From Candidatus Bathyarchaeota archaeon (GTDB taxonomy: Archaea; Thermoproteota; Bathyarchaeia; Bathyarchaeales; Bathycorpusculaceae), in contig CAVYHV010000030.1 in the NCBI GenBank assembly GCA_963768425.1, positions 1 through 64,000 on the forward strand: a stretch of DNA of 64,000 nt, read 5' to 3'. The notes beneath the pieces were generated by a model. That model made no database searches, had not been told where the DNA came from, and saw only the letters and a list, made by a program, of their open reading frames with translations. This document shows positions 50,488-60,927 of this stretch, in pieces (position 1 is the stretch's first letter; each line of letters starts with the position of its first letter). The translations under genes were made by a program, and so were the position numbers.

Positions 50488-50714
50488 GCAGGTTGAGAAG
50501 CACGCTTTAAATGCAAACGCATTGAAGCAAAGAGTGCGTCAATAAAAACAGCGGAAAATTGACGGGCACCAAAGACTTTGCTTTAATGGGCTGGACGTAG
50601 CTATGTAGCAGGGAAGCTATGAGCGGCGTGGTCAAAACGGTGAAAGACCATGAAGCGACAAAGACATGGCTTCAATGGGCCGCGTAACATCTTTAAGGCT
50701 TAGACTCAACCTGC
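50488..50714 (+). ncRNA. Candidate structured ncRNA (~227 nt), family unknown
   Basis: TTTTATA 24 nt upstream, perfect 10-bp terminal helix, 13-bp internal helix, several further stems, T-rich tract downstream, no ORF. Confidence 0.65.
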
Positions 50715-50789
50715 TTAACTTTTATTCAAACAAAAATTTAATTTTCCATTACCCACTCTTTGGTTTCGCTTCCGGAACACCTGAAGCAG

Positions 50790-50999
50790 TCAGATTCTGT
50801 TGAAGTACTCTAAAGGCGCATACCAGAAAACTGTAATTGTCTTTTGACACTCGGGGTTTTTGCATTTAACCTTGATTTTCACGACATTTCCGTGGAAACT
50901 GCTTCGTATAGGTTTTACTTCTGAAAACGCTGTGTGAAATTTATCTGGCGGTTCAATTTCAAAGGGTTTGTAACAAAAGGGGCATTCAAGAACAGCCAT
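50790..50999 (-). CDS. Small Zn-ribbon protein
   Basis: CPFC..CKNPEC; GAGGGTGA SD-like sequence upstream. Confidence 0.75.
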   Translation of the reverse strand: MAVLECPFCYKPFEIEPPDKFHTAFSEVKPIRSSFHGNVVKIKVKCKNPECQKTITVFWYAPLEYFNRI

Positions 51000-51079
51000 A
51001 ATTCACCCTCAACCTAATAATACGCAGAAGAATGCTAAAAACTTGGCGCTATCGCAAAGAGTTGCTTTTTATTTATCGT

Positions 51080-51742
51080 TTATTTTTGGTTTATTGCTTT
51101 ATACACTTCTGATGCGATCAATGCTGCTCCCTGGCTGTTCGGGTGCACGCCATCCACAAAGTAATCTGAGTGATTACCAAATGCATTGTACACATCGATT
51201 ATTGGTAGATTCGTTTGGTTTGCCAGCTCCTGTATTTTTGGAACAATAACCCCGTTGAAATAGGGTATGCTGAGGTCTGAGCTATTGCTGAAAATCGGAG
51301 GAGGCTCTACAACCCAGATTCTCGGGTTACTTTCAATCTGCTGGAATGCGCTAATGAGCTTAATGTAGTCTTCTTCGAAACTTGCATTGGATGGGCGAAG
51401 CATCTCCAGGTCATCGTTTGTTCCAAGCATGATGATAACAATGTTCGGTTTGAAATTAATTGCATTTTGAAATTCGGGTTGATCCATGTAGGGTTTCCAA
51501 GAATCTAGCAACACGGTGGATCCGTTGACGCCGAAGTTTTTTACTGAGTAGTTAGGGCCAAGAAGCGATTGTAGATCTGATGGGTATCCAGTTATCGCTG
51601 TGATGCTGTCACCAACACATGCAACTCGAGTAGGGAGTGCTTCAACTTCATTTTGCGGACTCAGTGGTTGAAATCTAACAATTAAAGTTGCCAATACGAT
51701 TGTTCCAAGCAAGATTGCTGCCCATTTCATTTCCTTTTTCAT
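51080..51742 (-). CDS. Secreted SGNH/GDSL hydrolase
   Basis: CVGDSIT, NFGVNG, LGTND, DGVHPN; N-terminal signal anchor. Confidence 0.9.
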   Translation of the reverse strand: MKKEMKWAAILLGTIVLATLIVRFQPLSPQNEVEALPTRVACVGDSITAITGYPSDLQSLLGPNYSVKNFGVNGSTVLLDSWKPYMDQPEFQNAINFKPNIVIIMLGTNDDLEMLRPSNASFEEDYIKLISAFQQIESNPRIWVVEPPPIFSNSSDLSIPYFNGVIVPKIQELANQTNLPIIDVYNAFGNHSDYFVDGVHPNSQGAALIASEVYKAINQK

Positions 51743-51943
51743 TATTGGTTTTCAACCGGATTCCACTCTAATTTGTTGACAAGTCTTTTGCTTTCTGTTG
51801 TCAACTGTTAAATGGAGTTAATCAAAAGTCGCTGACGGGTCCTTTAAAGATATTGCAACTTTGGTCATACCCGAATTTGCGGATGATTTAGCGATACTGC
51901 GGCAATTTTAAAAGTATGTCTTACAAATTTAAAGGAGGTTAAT

Positions 51944-53890
51944 TTGATTACTCGTTCACGTTCAGCACTCACCAAAATTCATGCCGTAATCATCATAGTC
52001 ATAGTTTTAATTGCAGCGGTAGATACTGTCGCATACCTTTATGAAAACAATTACTTTGGTTCCCAACCAGCCGTCTCCTTCTCCTACTCCTGTTCCTTCT
52101 TCACCCCCGAAGGCTACTGCTGCTCCTCCGCCTACTGCTATGCCTGTCTCGCTTAAGGTTTCAAATTTGCTCATAAACCCGATTGAGGCTTGGCCAAACC
52201 AAACAATCACTGCAACAGTTGAAGTTGAAAACGGCGAAAGCGGAAACATCAGTTACCTGTTTCCCTTCTCGGTGAATGGACAAATCGTGCAAGAAGTTCC
52301 AGTTGAGCTTGCTGGAGGAGCTTCTACGAACGTGACTGCTGCATTAAATGAGAGTAGCGTTGGAAGTTACAACTTGAATGCGGGAGGACAGGCTAACACA
52401 TTTACTGTTGTCCCTACAGGCGAGCATACTTTGAACGTCATCATGAACCAGGATGGGATTACTTTCACTTTGGACGGCGTTACCCACACTACTAGATTTT
52501 CAGGGCTGGTGCCAGTTGGATCCCACACCATTACCGTTCCAGCTTCAGAGCAGGTTGAAAATAGCGAATGGGGACTAGTCACCTACTCGTTTTCAGGCTG
52601 GAATGACGGGTCGACCAGTCCTAAGTGAAACCTTCAATGTTGAAGGTTTAACTTATGAGGTGGGAAATTATGTAAGAACAGCGCCAACTTCGTGCCCTGA
52701 ACTGTACGTGTGGAACGGAACAGGTTACAGTTACGCTGCAGACGTCAATGACGGCACTGGATGGTTGGGTTTCCTTGAGTACTTTAACCCTGACGGCTCA
52801 ATGGTTTTCTCCTACAACTACCCATACGATTACATAAAACTGGATTCGACTCAGCTGCAGCCTCTCAACGGGTTTTACAACATAAAAATTGCTGAAGACA
52901 CAAACGAAATCTTCTATCTGGACTCGGTTAAACTGTTGGCCGTGGATCATCCCGCGGGCACGGATGTTTTCTCGACCAAAAGCACTTTTGTCTACGACCT
53001 CTCTGGTCAAGGAACAATCTATTCTTTACAAGATGACTTTGCCACTCCAGTTTCAGCGGTCAACGGGCAGGGACAAAATGTTCTTCCATTGATCTCCAAG
53101 CTTGACGGCGACTTCACTACCGCCAACAGGTGGACATGGAATAACTTGACGCTTAATCTGGGCAACTTGGCGGGCGCAAAGAACATCGACTTGGTAGTTG
53201 CAGCCCGCACCGAATGGCCAAGCACCAGCGCGGAGGAGAGAACTTCATGAGTTACGCTAGCAAACCTGGAGTGATGCCTTCGCCGCCGCCGTACATGCAG
53301 GTGATGGCTGCAAACGGAAGCTGGGTAAACGTTCCACAGGACCGAGAGTTTCCTATTCCCGCGACTACAGACCAGACTTTCGTGGTTAACTTGACGGCTT
53401 GTTCCCAACTGACAATTTCATGCTGAGAATAAACTATTACCAAGAGATTCCAGTTCGATTACATAGGTGTAAGCACTTCGCCTCAGCAAGACATGAATGT
53501 TTACACTTTGACGCCTTCATCAGCCGACTTGACACAGGCTTATGTTCCTAACTCAACATCCAGCGGAGCATTCACAAGATACGGGGACGTCACGGCGCTT
53601 GTACAGTCTGCTGACGACGAATTCGTGATTGGGCGACAAGGAGACGTGGTTCAATCCAGTTTCCAGCGGATTTGCCTCCTGTTCCCAAAGGCTGGGTGAG
53701 AGACTACTTTGTTGTTGCAAACTGCTGGTTCAAAGGCAACGGGTTGCCCTATGTGCCTTTCACTGTTGACCCGCTTCCATTCCAAACGATGACAAGCTTC
53801 CCATACCCATCAAACGAAACCTACCCCTCCGACGCACAGCATCAAGCGTACCTGAAAACATACAACACAAGAATAGTTGACACACCTTAA
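51944..53890 (+). CDS. Large surface protein (prepilin-like leader, Pro linker, CARDB-like Ig domain, uncharacterised C-terminal region), broken by about 5 frameshifts
   Basis: Six consecutive same-strand ORF fragments form a continuous protein; motifs SCPELYVWNG, LLAVDHP, FTRYGDV, TVDPLPF, YNTR. Confidence 0.65.
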
Positions 53891-54066
53891 ATCCAATTTT
53901 TTATGTGACTCTGCTCATGCGAGGGTTCATCCTCCATTTGTTCAAGAGAAAATAATTAAGACCTTGAAAATACTGTTGTGCTTTTCTTATCGTTTGAGCC
54001 GCGACAGATTTATGGATAAAAAATTAATCGAGTAAGCAGCTTTGTGGAGAACTTTGATCAAGGAGT

Positions 54067-54531
54067 TTAGAGCATGAGCCTCATTTCGGTCGTCAACTTG
54101 AACCCGAACTGTCCCGTAAAGCGGAATTCCCGCCTCTGAAGCATGAAGGCTCATGGTTCTGTATCCGTGCTCTTTGGACCAGTCGATTGCGTGTTGAACA
54201 ATCATTTTCGCAACGCCTGTTCGTCTAAACCCTTCTTCCGTATACATTGACATAATGTAAGGTGCTTCCAAGCATGGGTTGAATGGTCGCGGGGCGTCTT
54301 CTCGGAGCCAAATGCATCCGCTTCCAGCTACCTCTCCTGTTTGGGTTTCTGCAATGAACCCGATGAGTTTGCCTTCAGACAGCTTGGTTTTGATCCAAGC
54401 GCGCGTCAACTCTTTTAGTTCCTCTGCTTTTTCAGCAAATTCTGGACGTATTTCTTTCCACATGCCACTCTATGCTCAACCAAGAGTTCGTTGTCTCCAG
54501 CCTTTGCAAGGACGATTCTAAATTCGGTCAT
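54067..54531 (-). CDS. GNAT acetyltransferase, two frameshifts
   Basis: MYTEEGFRRTGVAK acetyl-CoA motif, LHASEAGIPLY; ATG 54531 next to the MFS stop; corrected end YGQFGFKLTTEMRLML*. Confidence 0.8.
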
Positions 54532-55750
54532 TTATTCACTCTTTATTTGACTAACTCTTTCTTCTGGCATTTTCGTGTTCCTGAAGAAGTACCAGAATAG
54601 CCCTATTGAGACCAGGTAGAATAGCGCCGCCAAAAAGAACGGGGCTGCTAGAAGTGACATGCCTATAAGCCAGGCGCCAACGAATGAACTTAAAGCGTTC
54701 GGCAATCTCCAGAGGGCGGCGCTTATGCCTGAAGCTGCTCCACGTTCATCTTCGGGGACCAACCCCATTATCATCGACTGCGCCAAGGGGCTTGACATGT
54801 TCATTAGAAATGCTCTCGAGGTGTAAACGAAGCTGGCGATGATGTAGTTTGGGGACAGGGGTGTCGCGAACATGAATACTGTTGAAATGGCTTCTGTAAC
54901 AACTATGGCGTTGACAACTCCAAACCTTTTTGCGAGTGTAGGAGCAGCGAGCGTGGATACTCCTACTACGATGCTTGAGACGCCCAGAATTGGACCGCTT
55001 AATGAGTCAGGTATGCCGTACTGTGCTTTCATCCAAGCCGTCATCAGGGGAATAATCATGCCTGCGCCCACAGCGATGATGGCGCCTGTTATGACGTATT
55101 TTGCCAAAACGTTTTTTGATTTTCTAGGGAGCAGTTGACTTAAGGTTGCTTTTGCTTTGCTGAGTTCTTGGTTCCGTGACTTTCAACATAATTAATGTTG
55201 AAGATAGGCTCAACGCTGCAAGAACAACGTAGAGAAGAATATGGCTTTCTTTGTTAGAGAACCCGGCCATTGTTGAAGTCGCCAAGATTGCAGCGGCGCC
55301 AACGCCGAAAGCAGTGCTGTTGGCGAAGCCGAACATTGAGAACACGCTGTTTCTCTTTGTGTCGTCGGCTTTTGCTGCAAGTAACGCGCTAACAGAAGCT
55401 GATGAGGCTGCTTCTGAAATGCCTTCAAAAACCGCGGCTATAATCAGCAAAGCCGTGTTGGTTGTTAAGGCGAAAACCGCAATGATGAGGCTCGCTATTA
55501 CGTTGCTTAATATGAGAATTCGTCTTCTGCCGTATTTGTCTGCTGCGATTCCCATGGGGATGCTGGTGGCGAAAGTGGATATACCCATAATTGTTACGAT
55601 GAGCCCCATGAGGTAGAAGCTTAATCCCTGAACTGTGGTGAGGAAGTAGGCTATGTCGGTGTAAAACATGCCGTAAGCCACTGAGGGCAGCACCGAGAAA
55701 TAGATTAGGTATTTTGCCTGTGTCGACATTCCTCTGTAAACGCTAAACAC
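54532..55750 (-). CDS. MFS transporter, frameshift near 55130
   Basis: GIAADKYGRR motif A in the N-half; LAKRFG and ERGAASG in the C-half. Confidence 0.88.
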
Positions 55751-55876
55751 TTAGATGACCCGTTGGCTGGTTAGAAGTGGTTTCGATATCTGTGGTTTTA
55801 AGGTTTTCTAACTTTTTCAACTTTGATTGATAAAGTTTTTAGCAAAATTCTCTTTTTTTCGATTCGTTCAATGCGG

Positions 55877-56941
55877 CTACTTTTTCTTCTTGGAGCGGGT
55901 TTGCTTGGCGAGGTTGTCGACTGCGTTGATTGCTTTTTCGATATGGTCTTTCTCTATTCCTCGATGCGTCACCATCCTCACGTTGTGCTTGGCTATGGTT
56001 GAGGCTAAAACGTTGCGTTCCTTGAGCTTTTGAACGAACTCTTCGTCTGGGATGCCTAAGCCGCTTATATCAAAGCGTACCATGTTCGTCTGCACAGCCT
56101 CCAAGTCAACTTTGACCCCGTTAATCTTTGCCAGCCCTTCAGCCAGGCGCTTAGCGTTTTTGTGGTCGTCTTCCAACCTATCAATCATTGTTTCAAGGGC
56201 AACGATGCCTGCCGCGGCTATTATTCCAGCTTGCCGCATGCCTCCCCCCAAAATTTTGCGGGTTTTTCTAGCTTTCTCGATGAATTGTTGGTCGCCCACG
56301 ACCAGTGAGCCGATGGGGCAGCTTAGGCTCTTGGACAGGCAGAACATCAGGTTGTCAACGTGCTTCGTGAACTCTTTCACGTCGGTCTGTGAGGCTACAG
56401 CGGCGTTGAATATTCTTGCTCCGTCCATGTAGAATTTTAAGCCGTGCCGCTTTGACACTTCGCTTATTGCTTGCATTTGGCTAGGCGATACAATTGTTCC
56501 GCCGTACCTGTTATGAGTATTCTCGATGCATACCAGGGCGGGTTCCGGAAAATGAATGTTTTTGGGTCTGATGGCGGCTTCAATGTCTTCTGACGCGATT
56601 GCCCCTAGGTGACCTCTTATCAGCCAAGGCAGCAGCCCAGCTACACCTGAAATTCCGCCTCCTTCATACCAGTAGATATGAGACTCCGCCTCTAAGATTA
56701 CGAGGTCTCCACGTTTTGTATTATTTATCAGAGACACCAGGTTCGCTTGCGTGCCGCTTGTGACTAAAAGAGCTGCTTCTTTGCCCATTTTCCGGGCTGC
56801 CATTTCTTCAAGTTTTCTGACTGTTGGGTCTTCTCTGTAAACATCGTCTCCTAATTCTGCATGTCGAATTGCCTCCCGCATTTCCTCAGTTGGCAATGTC
56901 ACTGTATCACTTCGCAGATCAATCATTTCTTTTATTGCCAT
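55877..56941 (-). CDS. ltaE: Low-specificity L-threonine aldolase
   Basis: IDLRSDTVT, GDDVY, SGTQAN, ENTHN, DGARIFNA, CLSKSL, GGGMRQAG. Confidence 0.93.
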   Translation of the reverse strand: MAIKEMIDLRSDTVTLPTEEMREAIRHAELGDDVYREDPTVRKLEEMAARKMGKEAALLVTSGTQANLVSLINNTKRGDLVILEAESHIYWYEGGGISGVAGLLPWLIRGHLGAIASEDIEAAIRPKNIHFPEPALVCIENTHNRYGGTIVSPSQMQAISEVSKRHGLKFYMDGARIFNAAVASQTDVKEFTKHVDNLMFCLSKSLSCPIGSLVVGDQQFIEKARKTRKILGGGMRQAGIIAAAGIVALETMIDRLEDDHKNAKRLAEGLAKINGVKVDLEAVQTNMVRFDISGLGIPDEEFVQKLKERNVLASTIAKHNVRMVTHRGIEKDHIEKAINAVDNLAKQTRSKKKK

Positions 56942-57398
56942 TTCCATTCTTCTCCTAAAATGATTAGTTGACCTCTTGAAAAAGCAAGGGGGTCTTTGCT
57001 TTAAAAGTCTTCTTTTCAAATTTCTTGAGGCAAAAAACGCGACAAGTTTTGCACTTACTCTAGAGCTAAATCTGGGGGCAGTCAATCTTGGGCTGAATGT
57101 TTGTTATCCTCTATTGCTGAGAATGCCAATAAAATCGTAAGTTCATTCGATCAGTGTTAGCTGTTCTGTTGTCGCCGAAAAAGATGGTTTTGAACAAAAC
57201 CTCAGAGTTGATCTGCAAAAAAGAGCTTGTCGTCGAAACAACAGTAGCATCTTCTAACTTCAACGCTCATGATTGCACGGCAAAAGAAAGTTGCTTGCAT
57301 TGAGATTGATCTGCAAATAACAGTTGTATTGGTGCTTTGTGTTCATTGAGACAAGGTTCTTGTTTAGTTTGCTCGCTCTTCGATGTGTGGAGCGTTCT

Positions 57399-58670
57399 TT
57401 ATAGTGGCGCGTAGTGTAAACAGGCGACTAACCTGTTATCTTGTGGGTACATTTCGGGTACTATGCAGGGCGAGAGCTTCAGCTTTACGCCTTCATTGGT
57501 TTCGCTTACATCATCTATGGCAGCAAGGCTCTTAGTCCATTTTTTCTCCAGGCTAATCAATTCCTTTACTGAGATTAAATCGGTGTTCGTGATGATCACG
57601 TCACCGTTCATGTTTATGGACACATTGGTTCCTTCTTTGAACCTGTCTGGATACTTGTCTTCTATTAGGTACTTCAGGTCAGAGACAACTTCAGAGGCAC
57701 TCCATCCGCATCGATTGAAGGAGACAGGGCACCTCGGGTGGAAAGAGCATCCTCCAGGCGGGTCCACCAGATTCGGAGTGTCTCCTTTCAATATTATTTT
57801 AGTTCCTTTGACTGCTTTTCCCGGAACAGCTGAAATAAGCGCGATGTTATAGGGATGGATAGGCTTCAATATCACGTCTTTCTTTTGTCCAATCTCCACT
57901 ATCTTACCTGCATACATGACGTTCACTTGGTCCGCCATGTAAGAAATTACAGCAATATTGTGCGTTATGAGCACCATTCCAATGTTATATTTTTCCCTTA
58001 TCTTGCGAAGAAGCGCTAAAACCTGAGCTTGAACCGAAACGTCCAACGCGCTGGTTGGCTCGTCAAGTACCAAAAACTTGGGAAGAGTCGCTATTCCCCT
58101 AGCAAGAGCAACCCTCTGCCTTTGGCCACCAGAAAGTTCATGTGGGTATCTGTAGGCGAAGTCTCTTGGAAGGCCAACTTCATCCAGGAGTTCCATGCAT
58201 CTTTGGACGGCTTCCTTGGATCGAAGGTAACCCGTGGCAACGATGGGTTCCATTATAATATCCAAGATGTTAAGGCGGGGATCCAATGAGGAATATGGGT
58301 CCTGAAAGACAATGTTTGTTTTCTTTCTAATTTCTCTCTGTCTGCCTCTGTTTTTGCTAAATATCGAATATTGTTTCTCGATTTCAGCAGCCTTGTCCAA
58401 GTCCTTATTCGCTATACAAGTATCGTATTGTTGTAAGACTTCATCTGGAATATCAAAGAAGATTTGACCCGCAGTCGGCTTGAGTAATCCCAAAAGCATT
58501 CTTCCCAAAGTGGTCTTTCCAGAGCCACTCTCTCCTACTATGCCTACAACCTCGCCTTCTCTTACCTGTAAATTTACGCCTTCAACAGCCTTTAATGTAA
58601 GCGACTTTCCAAATGCGCTTTCGCCTTTGATCGGAAAATGTTTAACCAGTTGTCTCGTTGCAATCAACAT
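57399..58670 (-). CDS. Oligopeptide ABC ATPase (OppF/DppF) with insertions
   Basis: GESGSGKT, FQDP, LSGGQRQR, LDEPT, HPY, CSFHPRC. Confidence 0.92.
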   Translation of the reverse strand: MLIATRQLVKHFPIKGESAFGKSLTLKAVEGVNLQVREGEVVGIVGESGSGKTTLGRMLLGLLKPTAGQIFFDIPDEVLQQYDTCIANKDLDKAAEIEKQYSIFSKNRGRQREIRKKTNIVFQDPYSSLDPRLNILDIIMEPIVATGYLRSKEAVQRCMELLDEVGLPRDFAYRYPHELSGGQRQRVALARGIATLPKFLVLDEPTSALDVSVQAQVLALLRKIREKYNIGMVLITHNIAVISYMADQVNVMYAGKIVEIGQKKDVILKPIHPYNIALISAVPGKAVKGTKIILKGDTPNLVDPPGGCSFHPRCPVSFNRCGWSASEVVSDLKYLIEDKYPDRFKEGTNVSINMNGDVIITNTDLISVKELISLEKKWTKSLAAIDDVSETNEGVKLKLSPCIVPEMYPQDNRLVACLHYAPL

Positions 58671-58671
58671 T

Positions 58672-60025
58672 TTAATCACCTTTTGGGAAGCAGGCGACGA
58701 AATCGCCCTCTTCAACTTCCATCATACTTGGTTTTGCAGCTCTGCATTTTTCTGTTGCATCTGGACACCTTGGGTTAAAGGAACATCCAATTGGAACATT
58801 TCTCATATCTGGAACAGTGCCGCCTATGCCTTGGATTTCATTTCCATCAATTGTTGGGATAGCTTTTGTAAGCATTCTCGTATAAGGATGAAGAGGCCTG
58901 CTAAAGACCGCGTCTATGGGAGCAATTTCGACTATTCTTCCTGCGTACATTATGCCGATTCTGTCGCAGACTTCTGATAACACAGAAAGATCATGGGATA
59001 TGAATATGAATGACGTGTTGAACCTGTGCTTAAGATGACGTGTAAGCTCGAGTATCTGAGCCTGCACAGTTACGTCTAAAGCACTAGTAGGCTCGTCTAA
59101 TATCACTAGCTCAGGATTGTTAGCAAGTGCAATTGCTATTACTATTCTCTGTCTCATGCCGCCTGAAAGTTCATGAGGATACATTCGCACTACTTTATCG
59201 GGGTTAGGAACCTCAAGCATGGAAAGAAGTTCAGTCGCCTTGATGTATCCCTCCTTAAGCAACACGTTTTTGGCTGCTCTGTTGACACCTGGGATTCTCA
59301 TCCAACCGCCAATATTCTTCCCGCTTCCAACCCTTTCAAGAACCAATTTCTCAAATGAGCCCAACTTTTCCGAATGGAGCGACAAGATAATTTTCTCTTT
59401 CTTAGCCTCTCCCAGATCGTTTCTTCTCCAGACACTGAGAACTTGATCCTCAATGCCATGTAGATTCTTCGATTCAGCGTACTTGTTGATAGCTTGTTCG
59501 TCTGCACCTTCCTTAAGTAGTTTAATTATCTGTCCAAGGTCATCGTGGGTAACCTTTGTCCTAGGCAATTTTTCTTTCCGCTAGCATCGGCTGATGAGCG
59601 ATGATGGTTTCTGCTATCTGGAAACCGATCTGAAGAACCGGGTTTAAGCTCGTCATAGGGTCCTGGAAAACCATTGAGATCTTGGTTCCCCTAATGTCGC
59701 ATGACTCTCTGTTCAATTTCTTAATGGCTTCCTCGCTTTGTTTAATGTTGAACTTTTCCCCTTCGCTTGGGGCAGCATTCCTCAGACAGGCTGTCAAGTC
59801 TCTGTTTCCGGCAAGCAAAACTTCTCCTTGGGTTACCGCCGCGTTTTTGGGGAGAAGTCCCATTATAGTTAGCCCTAGTGTCGTTTTACCGCATCCGCTT
59901 TCTCCCGCTACACCGAATATTTCACCCTGTTTAAGGCTGAGATCCACGCCGTTGAGGGCTTTGTAGATGCCTCTCCTAGTGTAAAACTGCACGTTTAAGT
60001 CAGAGACTTGTAGAGTGTAACTCAA
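58672..60025 (-). CDS. Oligopeptide ABC ATPase (OppD/DppD) with large insertion, frameshift near 59570
   Basis: GESGCGKT and FQDP in ORF 59561..60025; LSGGMRQR, DEPT and CSFNPRC in ORF 58672..59568. Confidence 0.9.
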
Positions 60026-60026
60026 A

Positions 60027-60917
60027 TCAGCTTCTCCTCCTTGGGTCCATAACGTCTCTTAGTCCATCGCCAACAAGGTTGACAGCTAGCGCAAACAAGG
60101 TGATGGCTACTCCTGGGAAGATGACTGTCCAAGGAGCAGTTTGGATGTAGTTTAGGCCTAAGCTTGAAAGGTAACCGAGTTCTGGAATGCTTGCATTCTC
60201 TATGAAGCCTATGAAGGCAAGGGTTGAAAAGATAACCATTATTGATCCTAAGTCCAAAGATATCTGAATGAAAACAGGCGGCAGAGCGTTCGGGAGTATA
60301 TGTTTGTACATTATCTTGAGCCTGCTGACTCCTGAGGCTTTAGCCGCCTCAACGAATGTGAACTCCTTAGTGCTTAGCGTCTGACTCCTTGTGTACCTCG
60401 CGTATAGAGGCCACCAAACGATTGCGAGGGCGATCGACATGTTCAACAGGCTTCGACCGAGGATGAAGCCGACTGCCAAAGCAAGAATAAGATAGGGTAT
60501 GCTGAAAAAGACATCAGTTATTCTCATTACGATCTCATCCATGAGCCCTCCGACATTAGCTGAGATGACGCCCACTATGGACCCAACTGCTGCGCCTATC
60601 GCCACTACAAGAACTGAATAGAACAGGTCGATTCTTACCGCCTTAACCATGCTGGTAAATAGATCTACTCCTGGATATGTTGTGCCAAAGGGATGTGCCA
60701 ACGACGGCGGTGAGGGCACCGTGTTGTAAAAGTTCTCAACGAGTGTACCTGGGCTGTGGATGCCTATTGCTTGTGGGGCGAACTGGACAAGCAGAGCATC
60801 CACAACGTATGCCATGACTATTATGAGGCCGATGACTGCAGCTTTATTTGCAAAAAAGACGGAGAGTGAAAGCCTGGTGTTTTCCCATTTTCTAGTTTTA
60901 AGTTCAGCTTCCGACAT
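60027..60917 (-). CDS. Oligopeptide ABC permease (OppC/DppC)
   Basis: HPFGT, FVEAAKASG, HILPN, GDGLRDVMDP. Confidence 0.93.
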   Translation of the reverse strand: MSEAELKTRKWENTRLSLSVFFANKAAVIGLIIVMAYVVDALLVQFAPQAIGIHSPGTLVENFYNTVPSPPSLAHPFGTTYPGVDLFTSMVKAVRIDLFYSVLVVAIGAAVGSIVGVISANVGGLMDEIVMRITDVFFSIPYLILALAVGFILGRSLLNMSIALAIVWWPLYARYTRSQTLSTKEFTFVEAAKASGVSRLKIMYKHILPNALPPVFIQISLDLGSIMVIFSTLAFIGFIENASIPELGYLSSLGLNYIQTAPWTVIFPGVAITLFALAVNLVGDGLRDVMDPRRRS

Positions 60918-60927
60918 TTTTTTCCTC

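Noticed and set aside
50504-50684. GCTTCAATGGGCCGCG resembles the end of type I-G CRISPR repeats
   Set aside because: Only 2-3 degenerate copies with irregular spacing, similarity extends into the would-be spacer, and there are no cas genes in the window.
57160-57320. Repeats TTGATCTGCAAA (57208, 57306) and TTGTCGYCGAAA
   Set aside because: Two short copies each, with no array periodicity or structure.
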